64,000 nt of DNA from Centroscyllium fabricii (Eukaryota), in contig JBNRSN020000006.1 in NCBI GenBank assembly GCA_051313645.2, forward strand, positions 282,906,001 to 282,970,000, read 5' to 3'. Below, one piece after another: positions 12,036 to 25,055 of the stretch. Position 1 is the first letter of the stretch; every line of letters begins with the position of its first letter. The notes below the pieces were generated by a model. The model saw only the letters and a list, made by a program, of their open reading frames with translations. It searched no databases and was not told the DNA's origin. The translations under genes were made by a program, and so were the position numbers.

Positions 12036-14615
12036 CAGGTTGAGCACCGTTAATCCGTTACCCGAAAAATCAGCAACTTTGAAAGTCCGGCAATAATTTC
12101 CCCGACTGCCCCGCGTATGCGCAAAATGGCTGCCGCGATTCATGCTTCGGCGAATGATCTGCGCATGCGCCGCCGAACGGCGAGCGCATGTGTAGATCAT
12201 TCACAATGGTCTCCCCGAGCCGATAGCGGGCTGCTGGGCCGGGACTCCCCGAACGAGGCTGGGCCGGGACACCCCGAATGCGGGCTGGGCCGGGCCTCCC
12301 CGATCGCGGGCCGGGCCGGGCCTCCCCGATCGCGGGCCGGGCCGGGCCTCCCCGATCGCGGGCCGGGCCGGGCCTCCCCGATCGCGGGCCGGGCCGGGGC
12401 TCCCCGAACGCGGGCCGGGCCGGGGCTCCCCGAACGCGGGCCGGGCCGGGGCTCCCCGAACGCGGGCCGGGACTCCCCGAACGCGGGCCGGGCCGGGACT
12501 CCCCGAACGCGGGCCGGGCCGCGACTCCCCGAACGCGGGCCGGGCCGCGACTCCCCGAACGCGGGCCGGGCCGCGACTCCCCGAACGCGGGCCGGGCCGC
12601 GACTCCCCGATCGCGGGCCGGGCCGCGACTCCCCGATCGCGGGCCGGGCCGCGACTCCCCGATCGCGGGCCGGGCCGCGACTCCCCGATCGCGGGCCGGG
12701 CCGCGACTCCCCGATCGCGGGCCGGGCCGCGACTCCCCGATCGCGGGCCGGGCCGCGACTCCCCGATCGCGGGCCGGGCCGCGACTCCCCGATCGCGGGC
12801 CGGGCCGCGACTCCCCGATCGCGGGCCGGGCCGCGACTCCCCGATCGCGGGCCGGGCCTCGACTCCCCGATCGCGGGCCGGGCCTCGACTCCCCGATCGC
12901 GGGCCGGGCCTCGACTCCCCGATCGCGGGCCGGGCCTCGACTCCCCGATCGCGGGCCGGGCCTCGACTCCCCGATCGCGGGCCGGGCCTCGACTCCCCGA
13001 TCGCGGGCCGGGCCTCGACTCCCCGATCGCGGGCCGGGCCTCGACTCCCCGATCGCGGGCCGGGCCTCGACTCCCCGATCGCGGGCCGGGCCTCGACTCC
13101 CCGATCGCGGGCCGGGCCTCGACTCCCCGATCGCGGGCCGGGCCTCGACTCCCCGATCGCGGGCCGGGCCTCGACTCCCCGATCGCGGGCCGGGCCTCGA
13201 CTCCCCGATCGCGGGCCGGGCCTCGACTCCCCGATCGCGGGCCGGGCCTCGACTCCCCGATCGCGGGCCGGGCCTCGACTCCCCGATCGCGGGCCGGGCC
13301 TCGACTCCCCGATCGCGGGCCGGGCCTCGACTCCCCGATCGCGGGCCGGGCCTCGACTCCCCGATCGCGGGCCGGGCCTCGACTCCCCGATCGCGGGCCG
13401 GGCCTCGACTCCCCGATCGCGGGCCGGGCCTCGACTCCCCGAACGCGGGCCGGGCCTCGACTCCCCGAACGCGGGCCGGGCCTCGACTCCCCGAACGCGG
13501 GCCGGGCCTCGACTCCCCGAACGCGGGCCGGGCCTCGACTCCCCGAACGCGGGCCGGGCCTCGACTCCCCGAACGCGGGCCGGGCCTCGACTCCCCGAAC
13601 GCGGGCCGGGCCTCGACTCCCCGAACGCGGGCCGGGCCTCGACTCCCCGAACGCGGGCCGGGCCTCGACTCCCCGAACGCGGGCCGGGCCTCGACTCCCC
13701 GAACGCGGGCCGGGCCTCGACTCCCCGAACGCGGGCCGGGCCTCGACTCCCCGAACGCGGGCCGGGCCTCGACTCCCCGAACGCGGGCCGGGCCTCGACT
13801 CCCCGAACGCGGGCCGGGCCTCGACTCCCCGAACGCGGGCCGGGCCTCGACTCCCCGAACGCGGGCCGGGCCTCGACTCCCCGAACGCGGGCCGGGCCTC
13901 GACTCCCCGAACGCGGGCCGGGCCTCGACTCCCCGAACGCGGGCCGGGCCTCGACTCCCCGAACGCGGGCCGGGCCTCGACTCCCCGAACGCGGGCCGGG
14001 CCTCGACTCCCCGAACGCGGGCCGGGCCTCGACTCCCCGAACGCGGGCCGGGCCTCGACTCCCCGAACGCGGGCCGGGCCTCGACTCCCCGAACGCGGGC
14101 CGGGCCTCGACTCCCCGAACGCGGGCCGGGCCTCGACTCCCCGAACGCGGGCCGGGCCTCGACTCCCCGAACGCGGGCCGGGCCTCGACTCCCCGAACGC
14201 GGGCCGGGCCTCGACTCCCCGAACGCGGGCCGGGCCTCGACTCCCCGAACGCGGGCCGGGCCTCGACTCCCCGAACGCGGGCCGGGCCTCGACTCCCCGA
14301 ACGCGGGCCGGGCCTCGACTCCCCGAACGCGGGCCGGGCCTCGACTCCCCGAACGCGGGCCGGGCCTCGACTCCCCGAACGCGGGCCGGGCCTCGACTCC
14401 CCGAACGCGGGCTGGGCCAGGACTCCCCGATCGCGAGCTGGGACTCCCCGAACGATAAGCGCATGTGCAGACCACTCAAAATGACCGCCAGCCTTTCGCG
14501 GTGGCCATTTTGAATGGTCTGCGCATGCACTCGCCGAAACTTCTATCGTTCGGGATTTTCACTTTCCCGGCACGGGCCTGGTCCCGCCCATACCGGATTA
14601 ACGGGGCTAAACCTG
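12036..14615. mobile_element. Tigger4/Zombi-like MITE containing a minisatellite
   Basis: TIRs CAGGTTGAGCACCGTTAATCCG / CGGATTAACGGGGCTAAACCTG, TA flanks. Confidence 0.85.
12230..14452. repeat. 26-bp GC-rich minisatellite, about 85 units
   Basis: Unit GGGCCGGGCC(T/G)CGACTCCCCGA(A/T)CGC; the ORF-track peptides repeat every 26 aa, equal to 3 units. Confidence 0.97.
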
Positions 14616-14777
14616 TAACACAATTTTGTATAATCACTTTGTGTATTTTGGAAACACTCCTAAAATTTGGACTGGAGGTGTGAGAACTAGCAAAATGATA
14701 GATTTACATATGAAGGTGTGCTGGGCTAAATATTGTGGCACAAAAATTGAAGAAAACTCATGTAGATCACACCTACT

Positions 14778-15557
14778 GGGGGGCGCTGTGCTCCGGGAAG
14801 AACGATCGCCATGAAGGCAAGCTGTCTCGAATGTGACAGTTAGACCTACAATTCAGCGCCATCAGCCCTCAAAGAAAATCGGGAGGGTGTCTGGTGGATG
14901 GCTTAGGTGCCAAGATGCGGGAAGTTGCTCGATCGCTGTCGGGCGGGGTTCGATGGATTCGGGAAGCCTATTTGTCGTCGGGCCGTGAGGTAGGCCGCAG
15001 GCCTCCGAACTTCGCTCCCGGAGTACGGGAGTTCAGAGGAATCGGGGGAGCAAACATGGCGTTGTGCAGTGAGGCAGTCCCTGGGACATCGATCATCGAT
15101 ACCGGAGATGTGGTGTACGGGAGATCTTGGGGGTGCCGGTATGGCGTGGTGCCAAGATGGAGACCCCCCCGGGATATCTGACATCACTTTGGGAATTCGT
15201 TAGTTCGGGAGGTTTCGGGGTGCCAGCACGGCGTCGGGCCGTGTGGCAGCCCCCGCTCGGGCCGTTGGACACCGCGCTTCGCATCTTCGATGAATGTCAA
15301 CACTGGATTTAGCGTCGAATTGTAGTGTATGGAATGGAAGGAAGAGAAGGATAACATCATACTGAGAGGCCGGAGCTGCAGCGGACCCACGATGATGGCG
15401 CCGGAGTATGGCTGACGTCTTGCGGGATCCGTGCGTGCCATGCATCTTAGTGTTCTTGTTGTTGTTGTTGTATGGTGCGTGCGGATAGCAAAAATGCATT
15501 TTACTGTCTAGATTTTTTTTAATTCAGTACATGTAACAATAAAATTTGAACTTGAAC
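14778..15557 (+). mobile_element. CpG-rich non-autonomous retroelement with Rex1/L2-like tail
   Basis: Ends ACAATAAAATTTGAACTTGAAC, like the Rex1 tails in this window; no RT coding recognisable. Confidence 0.45.
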
Positions 15558-16428
15558 CTATGGTCTTTTGAGCAGCCAAGTAAGTCGAACATTTATTGCA
15601 GCATTTAAAACACATTGGCCCGGATTTTGCGGTAGGAATGACGGTGATGCTATCAGCGCTCTGAAGAACAACCACTCAAGGTACTGTGCACAACTAAAGA
15701 CAGCTCAAACCACCTTCATAATATCTGAACGAAATATTATGCTGCAGCATTTTTTTGTTGCATCACACTGCATTCGAGAAATACATTCTTCTTTCCTACA
15801 ACAATGGTTATACAAGCTCCAAGCTCAGCAGATCTGAATGCCTTTATCTGCATTTGGCAAACTCCCCTGCAGCTGCATTAATAGTCATCTTGCTATCATC
15901 TTCAACTCCTCCTATATCTAGACAAAAAAAGCAAACAAATAACAAATGAGTAATCTTGGCAGTCTGCACCAGCTCTACCAGTTGTCTCCTTTAGTCAAAT
16001 GTTACGATCAAATTTAAGGTCTGGCCAGATTATTGGTGTTAACAGTGAATGCAGCAGAGTGTTCATCAAAATAATTTCTATATATATTCTAATGAAAGCC
16101 CTGCATATACACACACAATAGCAGTTTCTTAATAGAGAGAGCATAGGACTGTGTAATTGTGCAATCTAAACACTGGATTCCCACAAATCACTCAAAATGC
16201 TTTCTGAATCTTTTTCCATTCATTTTTCCCCCTCGATAACTGAAATTTATAAGTCCAAAGGGTTGAAACAAAATTAAATATTCAGAAAGTTAATACTTCA
16301 GTGACATTTACATTTATTAATGTAATTACTGTTTGTGTCTTTTAATGAATTCATTTAAGTGTTTAGTTGGAGGTATTAAAATCCACCCAAAACCTCTCCC
16401 TAACTGCTGGGCTCGGGCTTGGTATTTT

Positions 16429-16975
16429 TCAATTCAATTCAATTCAAGTTTTATTGTCATTGCAGAGTACTAGTACAATACAACGAGACGAAGACTCGAC
16501 GCTCCCGAGAGTAGTGCAAATAAATTACATGCAAATTGCATACAGTAAAGTACATTATCAGGCGTGCAGGTACCGGAGTTTATTTTTTTAGAGTTCAGGA
16601 GGCTGACAGCCCTGGGGAAGAAGCTGTTATTAAATCTAGTCGTGCGGGTGCGAATTGATCTGTAGCGTCTCCCGGAGGGCAGGGGGGCGAACAGACTGTG
16701 GCTGGGGTGTGTGGGGTCTTTAATAATGTTCAGAGACCTCCGTAAGCAGCGTTTGAGGTAGATGCTTTCCATTGACGGTAGCTGGGTACCGGTGATTCGT
16801 TGGGCAGTTTTGACTACCCGCTGCAGGGTTTTCCGGTCCGAGAGGGTGCAATTTCCATACCAGACTGTGATGCAGCTTGTCAGTATGCTTTCGATTGTGC
16901 AGCGGTAGAAGTTGGAGAGGATGCCGGATGACAGCCTGGCTTTCTTCAGCTTCCTTAGGAAGTACAGGCGCTGTT
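16429..16975 (-). mobile_element. Rex1/Babar LINE 3' fragment
   Basis: ORF 16470-16772 IIKDPTHPSHSLFAPLPSGRRYRSIRTRTTRFNNSFFPRAVSLLN; upstream QRLYFLRKL; (TTGAA)n tail. Confidence 0.9.
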
Positions 16976-17565
16976 ACCCAGAGGTGACGGAGTTGAATTT
17001 GGATTGTGCAGTCATAACACGTGCAAGGGGCGAGCTCAAGGGGAAAGGAGGGGTAGGGCGAGCACGAGATAAAAGGGGGGGGGGGTAGGAAGACTGCAAG
17101 CGGAGGAACAGGAAGATGAGGAAGGGGTTGCAGGGACAAGGGAGAGTTGAGAGAAAATATACACTCATCTTTAGGAAAAATGAGTGGGAGTGAACAGTTG
17201 ATGGAGGGTTAGGATGAGGTGTGTGACAGTGGATCAAGGGAATAATGGAGCGGTAACCTCAATGGGGTACGGATTATGATGGGAGTGAGGGAGCGGTGGG
17301 AAGGGGAATGGGTAGTGAGATGGTTAAGAAGCAGGAGACATGATGAAGTGCAAGTGATTGGGGTAGGGCTGGGAAGGGGACTGCTAAGGATTACATTTTC
17401 CCCACAACCCCAGCCCAAATGCTGCCTGGTGGTTCTTTTCCCCACCACACCACACAATACCACTCACCAAAACGGGAGAAAAAATTAAGAAAAGCAGAAG
17501 TGGTCAGTTAAGGGGAAAGAAGCAACAGAGAAAGAGACAGGCAGAAGCAGAAAAGAGATAGAGCA

Positions 17566-17937
17566 ACATAGAGATAGGAGCAGGAGTAGGCCATTCAGCC
17601 CTTCGAGCCTGCTCCGCCATTCAATGAGATCATGGCTGATCATCCAAATTCAGTACCCTGTCTTCTCCCCATATCCCTCGATCCCTATCCCCACATATCC
17701 CACGCTATCCCCGTAACCCCACATATTCAATCCCCCTAACACTAAGGGTCAATTTATCATAGCCAATCAACCTAACCCGCACATCTTTGGACTGTGGGAG
17801 GAAACCGGAGCACCCGGAGGAAACCCACGCAGACACGGGGAGAATGTGCAAACTCCACACAGATAGTACCCGAGGCTGGATTTGAACCCGGGTCTCCAGT
17901 GCTGTGAGGCAACAGTGCTAACCACTATGCCACCGTG
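17566..17937 (-). mobile_element. HE1-like V-SINE
   Basis: tRNA head (TGGCATAGTGG, GGTTCAAATCC), V-domain TGTGTGGAGTTTGCACATTCTCCCCGTG, CR1-derived tail. Confidence 0.9.
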
Positions 17938-18193
17938 CAACACAGAAACATCAGACATAACTGATTAGTATAGGACTTTGTTTTGTTCAGCTGTCGAATG
18001 ATGGTAAATCATGAAAATTCTCATTTAGTTGACTAGAAATTAATATTAATGTCAACATTTTTCAACAATTAAATCAGTTTATACAAATCTGAATAACTAA
18101 GTAAACATTGCGGCACTAGCATACAAATTGATGAGAAAGTAACAAGATGGCAATTATTTGGTCAGAAATTATTTGGATGCAGCAATGTTAATA

Positions 18194-18772
18194 CAGGTTG
18201 TGCACCATTAATCCGCCACGGGCGGGACCAGGCCCGTGGCGGGAAACAGAAAAAAACCGGGAGAATGAGGTTGGACACTGCGCACGCGCACCATTCAAAA
18301 TGGCCGCGCGCATGCGCACAACATTGGGATTGGCTGGCGCGCGCATGCGCAGATCGGGCACGGGTCCGCGTTCCCTCTCCATCGCCTTTCGGGTTGCTGC
18401 TGCCGCCGAGCCGGACTCAGGCTGACAGCTGTTGTCTAGTGACTGTCCGCCTCAGTCACGGGGCTCAGCTGTCGGGAAAATAACCGGCGGCCGTATTGAA
18501 TTATCTGCGCATGTGCTAACCGTCCGGCGACGCATGCGCAGATCATTCAAAACACCCGCAGCTGTTTTGAATGCGCAGATCATTCAAAACAGCTGCGGGT
18601 GTTTTGAATGATCTGCGCATGCGTCGCCGGACGGTTAGCACATGCGCAGATCATTCGCCGAAGCCACTATGGCGGCGGCCATCTTGCGCATGCGCAGTGC
18701 AGTCGGGGCAATTTGTGCCGGCAGACTGAAGCTGCCGGCTATTCGGGACACGGATTTTCGGTGCACAACCTG
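18194..18772. mobile_element. Tigger4/Zombi-like MITE
   Basis: TIRs CAGGTTGTGCACC, TA flanks, homologous to 11404-11918 with an internal duplication. Confidence 0.9.
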
Positions 18773-19199
18773 TATCTCTTTGGTCAGATTGTAATGTATT
18801 TAGTAATGAACAGAAGCTACTCTGTTGCACTGCAACATTTTCCCTGTCTCAATTCTTTTCTGCACTGCCTAAAACGAAATAGCTTGATATGGCTTAAGAC
18901 TGGCCACCATGAACCAAGTGTTGAATGAAACGAAGGAGAGCAAAGCCATCAATTTTTATATTTTAATGGACTTTGCAGTATCAATATTTTCAACAAGGAA
19001 TTCAAGGACACTACAGCAGAGGGAAAACTGGAGATCACTCCTTGGAATCAGTTTAGAAATCAACTGTGACCAAGCAGGTTTCCCTCTCTATAGCAGTCTT
19101 GACCAAACTGCGCAAACACAGTAACAGTGATCACGTTATAATTTATTACATTTGCAAGTTTTGAAACTGGGTGATACAAGGTATATTGGACAGCACAAA

Positions 19200-20550
19200 T
19201 TGTAATAAACAAAACAATGACAGTAGACTTCCAAAAGATTGACAAAATTCCACACAAGTCTATAAAGTTAGCCTCAAATCTGTGGGAATTCCAAATACAT
19301 TTTGGGAATAGATTTGAAAAACCTGTCTTAAAGGTAGGAAGCAATGAGTACTCAAGAGGAATTGTTGGGGTAAGGGTGTGGGCTGCAGGGTCTGATGTGG
19401 TGCCCCATAACTTGGATTCAGAAACCCAATGCAAATTTGCAGATGATATCAAGCTAGGTGGAGCACTGGAATTGGAAGAGAGAGTTGGGCAAAATGTGGA
19501 CCGAACAATGGCAGATGAAATTTAGAACAGACATAGGAAAGAAGAACGGTTCACACAAATACTCCATCACAGCTCTGGAGACCCGGGTTCAAATCCGGCC
19601 TCGGGTACTATCTGTGTGGAGTTTGCACATTCTCCCCGTGTCTGCGTGGGTTTCCTCCGGGTGCTCCGGTTTCCTCCCACAGTCCAAAGATGTGCGGGTT
19701 AGGTTGATTGGCCAGGATAAATTGACCCTTAGTGTTAGGGGGATTGAATATGTGGGGTTACGGGGATAGGGTGGGATATGTGTCGGTGCAGGCTCGATAG
19801 GGATTGAGGGATATGGGGAGAGGGCAGGGGCGGGGTACTGGGTTTGGATGATCAGCCATGATCTCAAAAATGGCGGAGCAGGCTCGAAGGGCCGAATGGC
19901 CTACTCCTGCTCCTAGTTTCTATGTTTCTATGATCAGTGTTAAAATACTAAGGGTGAAATTAAGAGAGACCTTGGAGTCTTAGTAGACTCAATGTTCAAC
20001 ATGTTCAACCAATGCAAAGCAGCAATCACCAAAGCCAACAGAATGTTGAATTAGAGCGAAGACAGCGGAAGACAAGAAAGAGGAAGTTATGATCAAACTG
20101 TACATTGCTCTGTTTGGGCCACACCTTGAGAACTGTGTTTGGTTGACAAGACACAAGGGAGACATTCAAACACTGGGAGGGGGGCAATGCAGACAAGAGC
20201 TCGGAGACTAATCCCGAGTGTCCAAAGGTCTGAGTTATGAGTAAAGGTAGGAGAAACTTGGACTTTTCTTCCTGAAAAGGTGTCCGAGAGATGATCATGG
20301 AGAGATATGCAAAATAATTAGCAGAATGGAAAAGGTAAATCCAGAATATTCGTTGAAACTAAATTACCCCAGAGTAAAACAAAGGAATATGGGTTCAAAC
20401 AAGCAAATGGTAAAATTAGAACCCAGTAGGAAATTCTTCTTCACAGAAAGAGTGATGAATGCATCAATTGGAGAAGGCAAAAAACCCTGGAGCATTTAAG
20501 AAACAATTGGATGCTGTGATAAAGGAACTTTAAGATCTTTCCAGATGGAT
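19200..20550 (+). mobile_element. Old, highly degraded CR1 LINE
   Basis: Remnants DFQK.DKIPH, CKFADDIKLGG, RPHLENC, KFFFTERV. Confidence 0.6.
19568..19932 (+). mobile_element. HE1-like V-SINE (slightly 5'-truncated)
   Basis: B box, V-domain, CR1 tail TTTCTATGTTTCTATG. Confidence 0.9.
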
Positions 20551-20884
20551 TGCTTTTCTCATCCATAATTATCTAGTGATATTATGAAATGGGGCAGATG
20601 AAGATAACCATCACAAAGACAGGTTTTACAAAACTAACCCTGGTAGTTAGAGGCAGAAAAGCTTGGAGAAATTGTCATTGGATTTTCAAAGGTTTAGCAT
20701 TTTCCACAACCTAATATAATGTTCCAACAACACTTACAACACTGGCTTGCTTCTAAACGTCTAAGCAACTTCACCGCCGAGAAGAACATTCTATAGGCAG
20801 AACAGGCAATGTGGAAAGTTTCACCACTGATATTCTTTGTAGAATGTTGAAGCAAAGGCCCATCAGCTGTTGTGTTCCTTTATA

Positions 20885-21084
20885 NNNNNNNNNNNNNNNN
20901 NNNNNNNNNNNNNNNNNNNNNNNNNNNNNNNNNNNNNNNNNNNNNNNNNNNNNNNNNNNNNNNNNNNNNNNNNNNNNNNNNNNNNNNNNNNNNNNNNNNN
21001 NNNNNNNNNNNNNNNNNNNNNNNNNNNNNNNNNNNNNNNNNNNNNNNNNNNNNNNNNNNNNNNNNNNNNNNNNNNNNNNNNNNN
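20885..21084. other. Assembly gap (200 N)
   Basis: Run of 200 N. Confidence 1.
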
Positions 21085-21639
21085 GTTGTGTTCCTTTATA
21101 AACACGAATATCTGGATTAACAAGTCTTGGGAGAGAAATGACTGTCCAAGTCACATCTGTTCAATGTTGGAGAAAAGGCTTGGCTCCTCAAGTCCGCAAG
21201 AGCATATTTTTAGACGCCACTGAGTCTCGGATTAAGATTAAGAGCCGTGTTTTCTCCGCAGCCTGCCACACCAAGCTACAATGTTGTCACTGGAATATAG
21301 AGCTTTGCAGATCCCTGAAGTTGCTGACGGCATTAAAAATAATTCCTACATTTCTACTGGCTTTTACAGTTATCTTGGCCACCAGCTGGCCCCAGCACAA
21401 ATCAAATACAAAAATCAAACCAGGCAATTGGACACAGTACTGAACAAATTCTACCTATAATGCAGCAGTGTCTTAGGCAGTTATACAATTATAAATCAGA
21501 ACACTGCTCGCCATGAATCAGCAGAGGCAACTATGTGTAAGAGGATACATTAAAAAATGAATAGAACAAAAGTGTCCAGTACCCTGGAACATCCCCCTAA
21601 GGTGCGTAGACGAGCAACCACGCACCAGCTGCTGCAAGA

Positions 21640-22450
21640 AATACAACAACAACTTGTATTTACAGTATATAGCACCTTTAACGTAGTAAAACGTCCCAAG
21701 GCGCTTCACAGGAGTGTTAGAAGACAAAGATTTGGCACCGAGCCACATCGGAAGAAATTAGGGCAGAAAAGAGGGAGGTTTTAAGGAGCGTCTTAGAAAC
21801 ATAGAAGATAGGAGCAGGAGTAGGCCATTCGGCCCTTCGAGCCTGCTCCGCCATTCAATGAGATCATGGCTGATCATCCAAACCCAGTACCCCGCCCCCT
21901 GCCCTCCCCCCATAACCCTATCGAGCCTGCACCGACACATATCCCACCCTATCACCGTAACCCCACATATTCAATCCCCCTAACACTAAGGGTCAATTTA
22001 TCATGGCCAATCAACCTAACCCGCACATCTTTGGACTGTGAGAGGAAACCGGAGCACCCGGAGGAAACCCACGCAGACACGGGGAGAATGTGCAAACTCC
22101 ACACAGATAGTACCCGAGGCTGGATTTGAACCCCGGTCTCTGGCGCTGTGAGGCAACAGTGCTAACCACTGTGCCACCTTAAAGGGGGAAAGAGAGGTAG
22201 AGGTTTAGGGGGAGGGGTGGGGGGGGGGGGGGAGGGGTGTGGGAGGAGGGGCGAGGGGGGGAGATCCAGAGCTTATGGCGGAGGCAGTTGAAGACATGGC
22301 CACTGATGGTTGAGTGATTATAGTCAGGGATGCTCAAGAGGGCAGAGTTTGACAAGCACAGATATCTCGGGCGGTTGTGGGGCTGAAAGAGGTTACAGAG
22401 GTAGGAAGGGGCGAGGCCATGGAGCGATTTGAAAACAAGGATGAGAATAC
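21640..22450 (-). mobile_element. L2 LINE 3' fragment interrupted by a V-SINE
   Basis: L2 tail on minus strand; ILILVFKSLHGLAPSYL in ORF 22179-22514. Confidence 0.75.
21795..22178 (-). mobile_element. HE1-like V-SINE
   Basis: Same head, V-domain and tail as 17566-17937. Confidence 0.9.
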
Positions 22451-22774
22451 CGCACATGCACGGCCATGCAGCAAATGTAAAGGGCCCGTGCAGGTTAAAA
22501 ATTAGGGGGAACATTGGCCTGAAACTATTACTTTTATTATCTTGAAATGATACTCCTCCCTTACAAACATTTTTATATTTAGTTTACATATCAAGGGGGG
22601 GATTTTCACAAAGGTGTGGGAAGCTGGCAGGTTTTGGGTGGATCAGGTTTCCGACACGAATGTTCAAGGGCCTGCCAGCCCCACGCAATTTTGGCTCAAT
22701 TGGCCAATTAATTCCCCGCGTGTCTGAGCCCCTGCCAATACGCAAGTTCCAGTCAGAAAGTCGCGCAGTATGAC

Positions 22775-23003
22775 TGATGCACGATCAATTATACTTGAGG
22801 CGAGGTTGAGAATACAACTGAGGCTTTTATTCACTAAGAACCCTGGAACATCCTTAGGCTGACTGGCAACTCCTTGTAGTGAGCCAGGCTCCCGGAGTCT
22901 GGGCCTATATCATGGAGGTTGGGGGCGGAGTCAGCTTCAGGCATGCCCAGGCATGTATACACACAGGCAAGAGGCAACTATATACAAACAGTGGTTCATC
23001 ACA
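22775..23003 (-). mobile_element. Solo LTR inserted in the Harbinger
   Basis: TG...CA termini, near TSD ATGAC/TTGAC, AATAAA on the minus strand. Confidence 0.6.
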
Positions 23004-23083
23004 TTGACGTCCTAGTGCGTGTTGCTTTTTAGGCAGACAGCAAGCCTTCCTCAGTCTGCAGGCTTCTCATTGCAGCAGGGAGA

Positions 23084-24760
23084 ATGGAGCAGGAGCCTGC
23101 AGCAGCTGTTGTCCGCGGGAGGGCCAGACCATCCCCAAGATTTGAGGAAGCCTCACTCCAGGCAGTGGTGGAGGGGGCTAGGGCCCACAGGGAGGTTCTC
23201 TTCCCTGCGTCAGGGAGGAAGAGACCTCCCTGCCAGACAAAGGCTGCTTGGCAGCAGATCGCTGAGGCGGTCAACTCAGTGGCCATGGCACATCGGACTT
23301 GGCTCCAGTGCAGGAAGAGATTCCATGATCTGCATCGGTCTGGAAAAGTAAGTATGCAGTTCCCATCACCCTCAATGTGATCCCTATTGCCTTTCCTCAC
23401 CAGCACTTGGCTTCACCAATCTCTTCCTCCACATCCCACTTCACACTCACATCCATGCACCCTTACTCATTCCCTTTCTCTCTATGCTCAAAAACACTTA
23501 ACTATTCCACTGAGCAGCCCTCACACTCCCTCTCACTCGGATGCTTGGAGCACAACTGACAGCACACAGGAAGGGGCCTCGGTCTTGCAATCTCACTCCA
23601 TCTTTCTGTATCCCTCCAACTATCTGTGCCTGGCACTCTCTGCACTCACTCCTTCATTCTCACTGAACCTCCACTTGTGTCCCTCATTGCAGGAAAGGAG
23701 AGCTCACAATAGACGGGAGCAAACTGTGACAGGAGGAGGCCCACCCTCCTTCGCATGAGCATCTGGGAGGAGGCAGCTCTGGAGATAGCAGGGAATGAAG
23801 CGGCGGCGCCAGTTGGGGACGGAGAGACAGGTGTATCATCGCAAGCTGGTGACAGAATCATTTCTCATCTCTCTCCTGACATCGCAATAGTGGCAGATAA
23901 TGATGCTGAATCTACATCATATCGACTTATGATCATCTGCAAGATGCAATGTGTATGTAGCCTTGCCATCACATCTCTAACTCTTTCCTTTCCTCCCCCA
24001 CAGGACCATCGAAAGCCCCCGTTCCCACTGGCCAGGAGGAAGAGCCTGAGGCTGAAGACTCCTCAGAGGAACCTGCAACCTCAGAGGGCGCAGCGTCAAC
24101 AGAATTCACCGCACCCAGCACTAGTGCAGACAGTCACACTTCGGTGGGACCTTCGGGACATAGCGTAGTATTAAACATAGAAACATAGAAGATAGGAGCA
24201 GGAGTAGGCCATTCAGCCCTTTGAGCCTGCTCCGCCATTCAATGAGATCATGGCTGATCATCCAAACCCAGTACCCTGTCCCTGCCTTGCCCCCATATCC
24301 CTCTCGAGCCTGCACCGACACATATCCCACCCTATTCCCGTAACCCCACATATTTAATTCCCCTAACACTAAGGGTCAATTTATCATGGCCAATCACCCT
24401 AACCCGCACATCTTTGGACTGTGGGAGGAAACCGGAGCACCCGGAGGAAACCCACGCCGACACGGGGAGAATGTGCAAACTCCACACAGATAGTACCCGA
24501 GGCCGGATTTGAACCCGGGTCTCCAGTGCTGTGAGGCAACAGTGCTAACCACTGTGCCACCGTGCCGCCCCAGTATTGTCACCTGGTGAATCACAGCTCA
24601 CAACCCTGGCGAGCCCCACCCTAGAGGACGCCCGCCAAAGGGGTCGAGACAGGAGCAGCAGGGAAGTGGGCAAGGGGCCTCCACATCTGCTGAAGCCACA
24701 GGGGAACCGTTACGTAGGAGCACGCGTAAGAGAAAAATACTGCACAAATAATCACAAGGG
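23084..24760 (+). pseudogene. Harbinger Myb/SANT-like DNA-binding protein gene (exons ~23084-23347, 23693-23848, 24004 onward)
   Basis: RF..ASLQAVVE..HREVLF..AWQQIAEAVN..RTWLQCRKRFHDL then ERRAHNRREQTVTGGGPP; canonical GT/AG introns; frameshift in exon 2, SINE in exon 3. Confidence 0.85.
24173..24571 (-). mobile_element. HE1-like V-SINE
   Basis: Full head GGGCGGCACGGTGGC; TSD AGTATT. Confidence 0.92.
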
Positions 24761-25055
24761 TAGTCACTTGGGTGAAATGTTGTCATCACTTGTGTTTTTT
24801 ACTAAAAATCTGATGGCAACTGTTAGAGTTGTGGCGTGCATAATTCAGTGCATAGAGATTTCACATTGAAGGCTTATGAGTACTTGCAATTGTCAGTATG
24901 CTGGAAAACTAGCTAGAAATCCGCTGGGTCTTGACCATGGCCGATTCTCAGGTAGCCAGCTGAGAATCCAAAGTGTTTCATTGAGTAGGCTGAGCAAATC
25001 TGCCCAGGATGATTGCGTTCCTTGCAGCCCGGGCAGCAATGGTCTCGCGTAATGC

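Noticed and set aside
12230-14452. CRISPR-like array
   Set aside because: Head-to-tail repeats without unique spacers, vertebrate context, no cas genes
12070-14530. Four ORFs of 726-801 aa on both strands
   Set aside because: Artefact of a stop-free 26-bp GC-rich minisatellite; no evidence of coding
15840-15918. Possible minus-strand exon after TTTTTTGTCTAG (IGGVEDDSKMTINAAAGEFAKCR*)
   Set aside because: Short, ends in a stop, and does not match the expected next LDLRAD4 exon (ELEFAQIIII...)
17880-17940. tRNA genes
   Set aside because: A/B boxes are SINE heads joined to V or Deu domains, with no complete cloverleaf
20771-21223. ORFs spanning X runs
   Set aside because: Translation through the N gap
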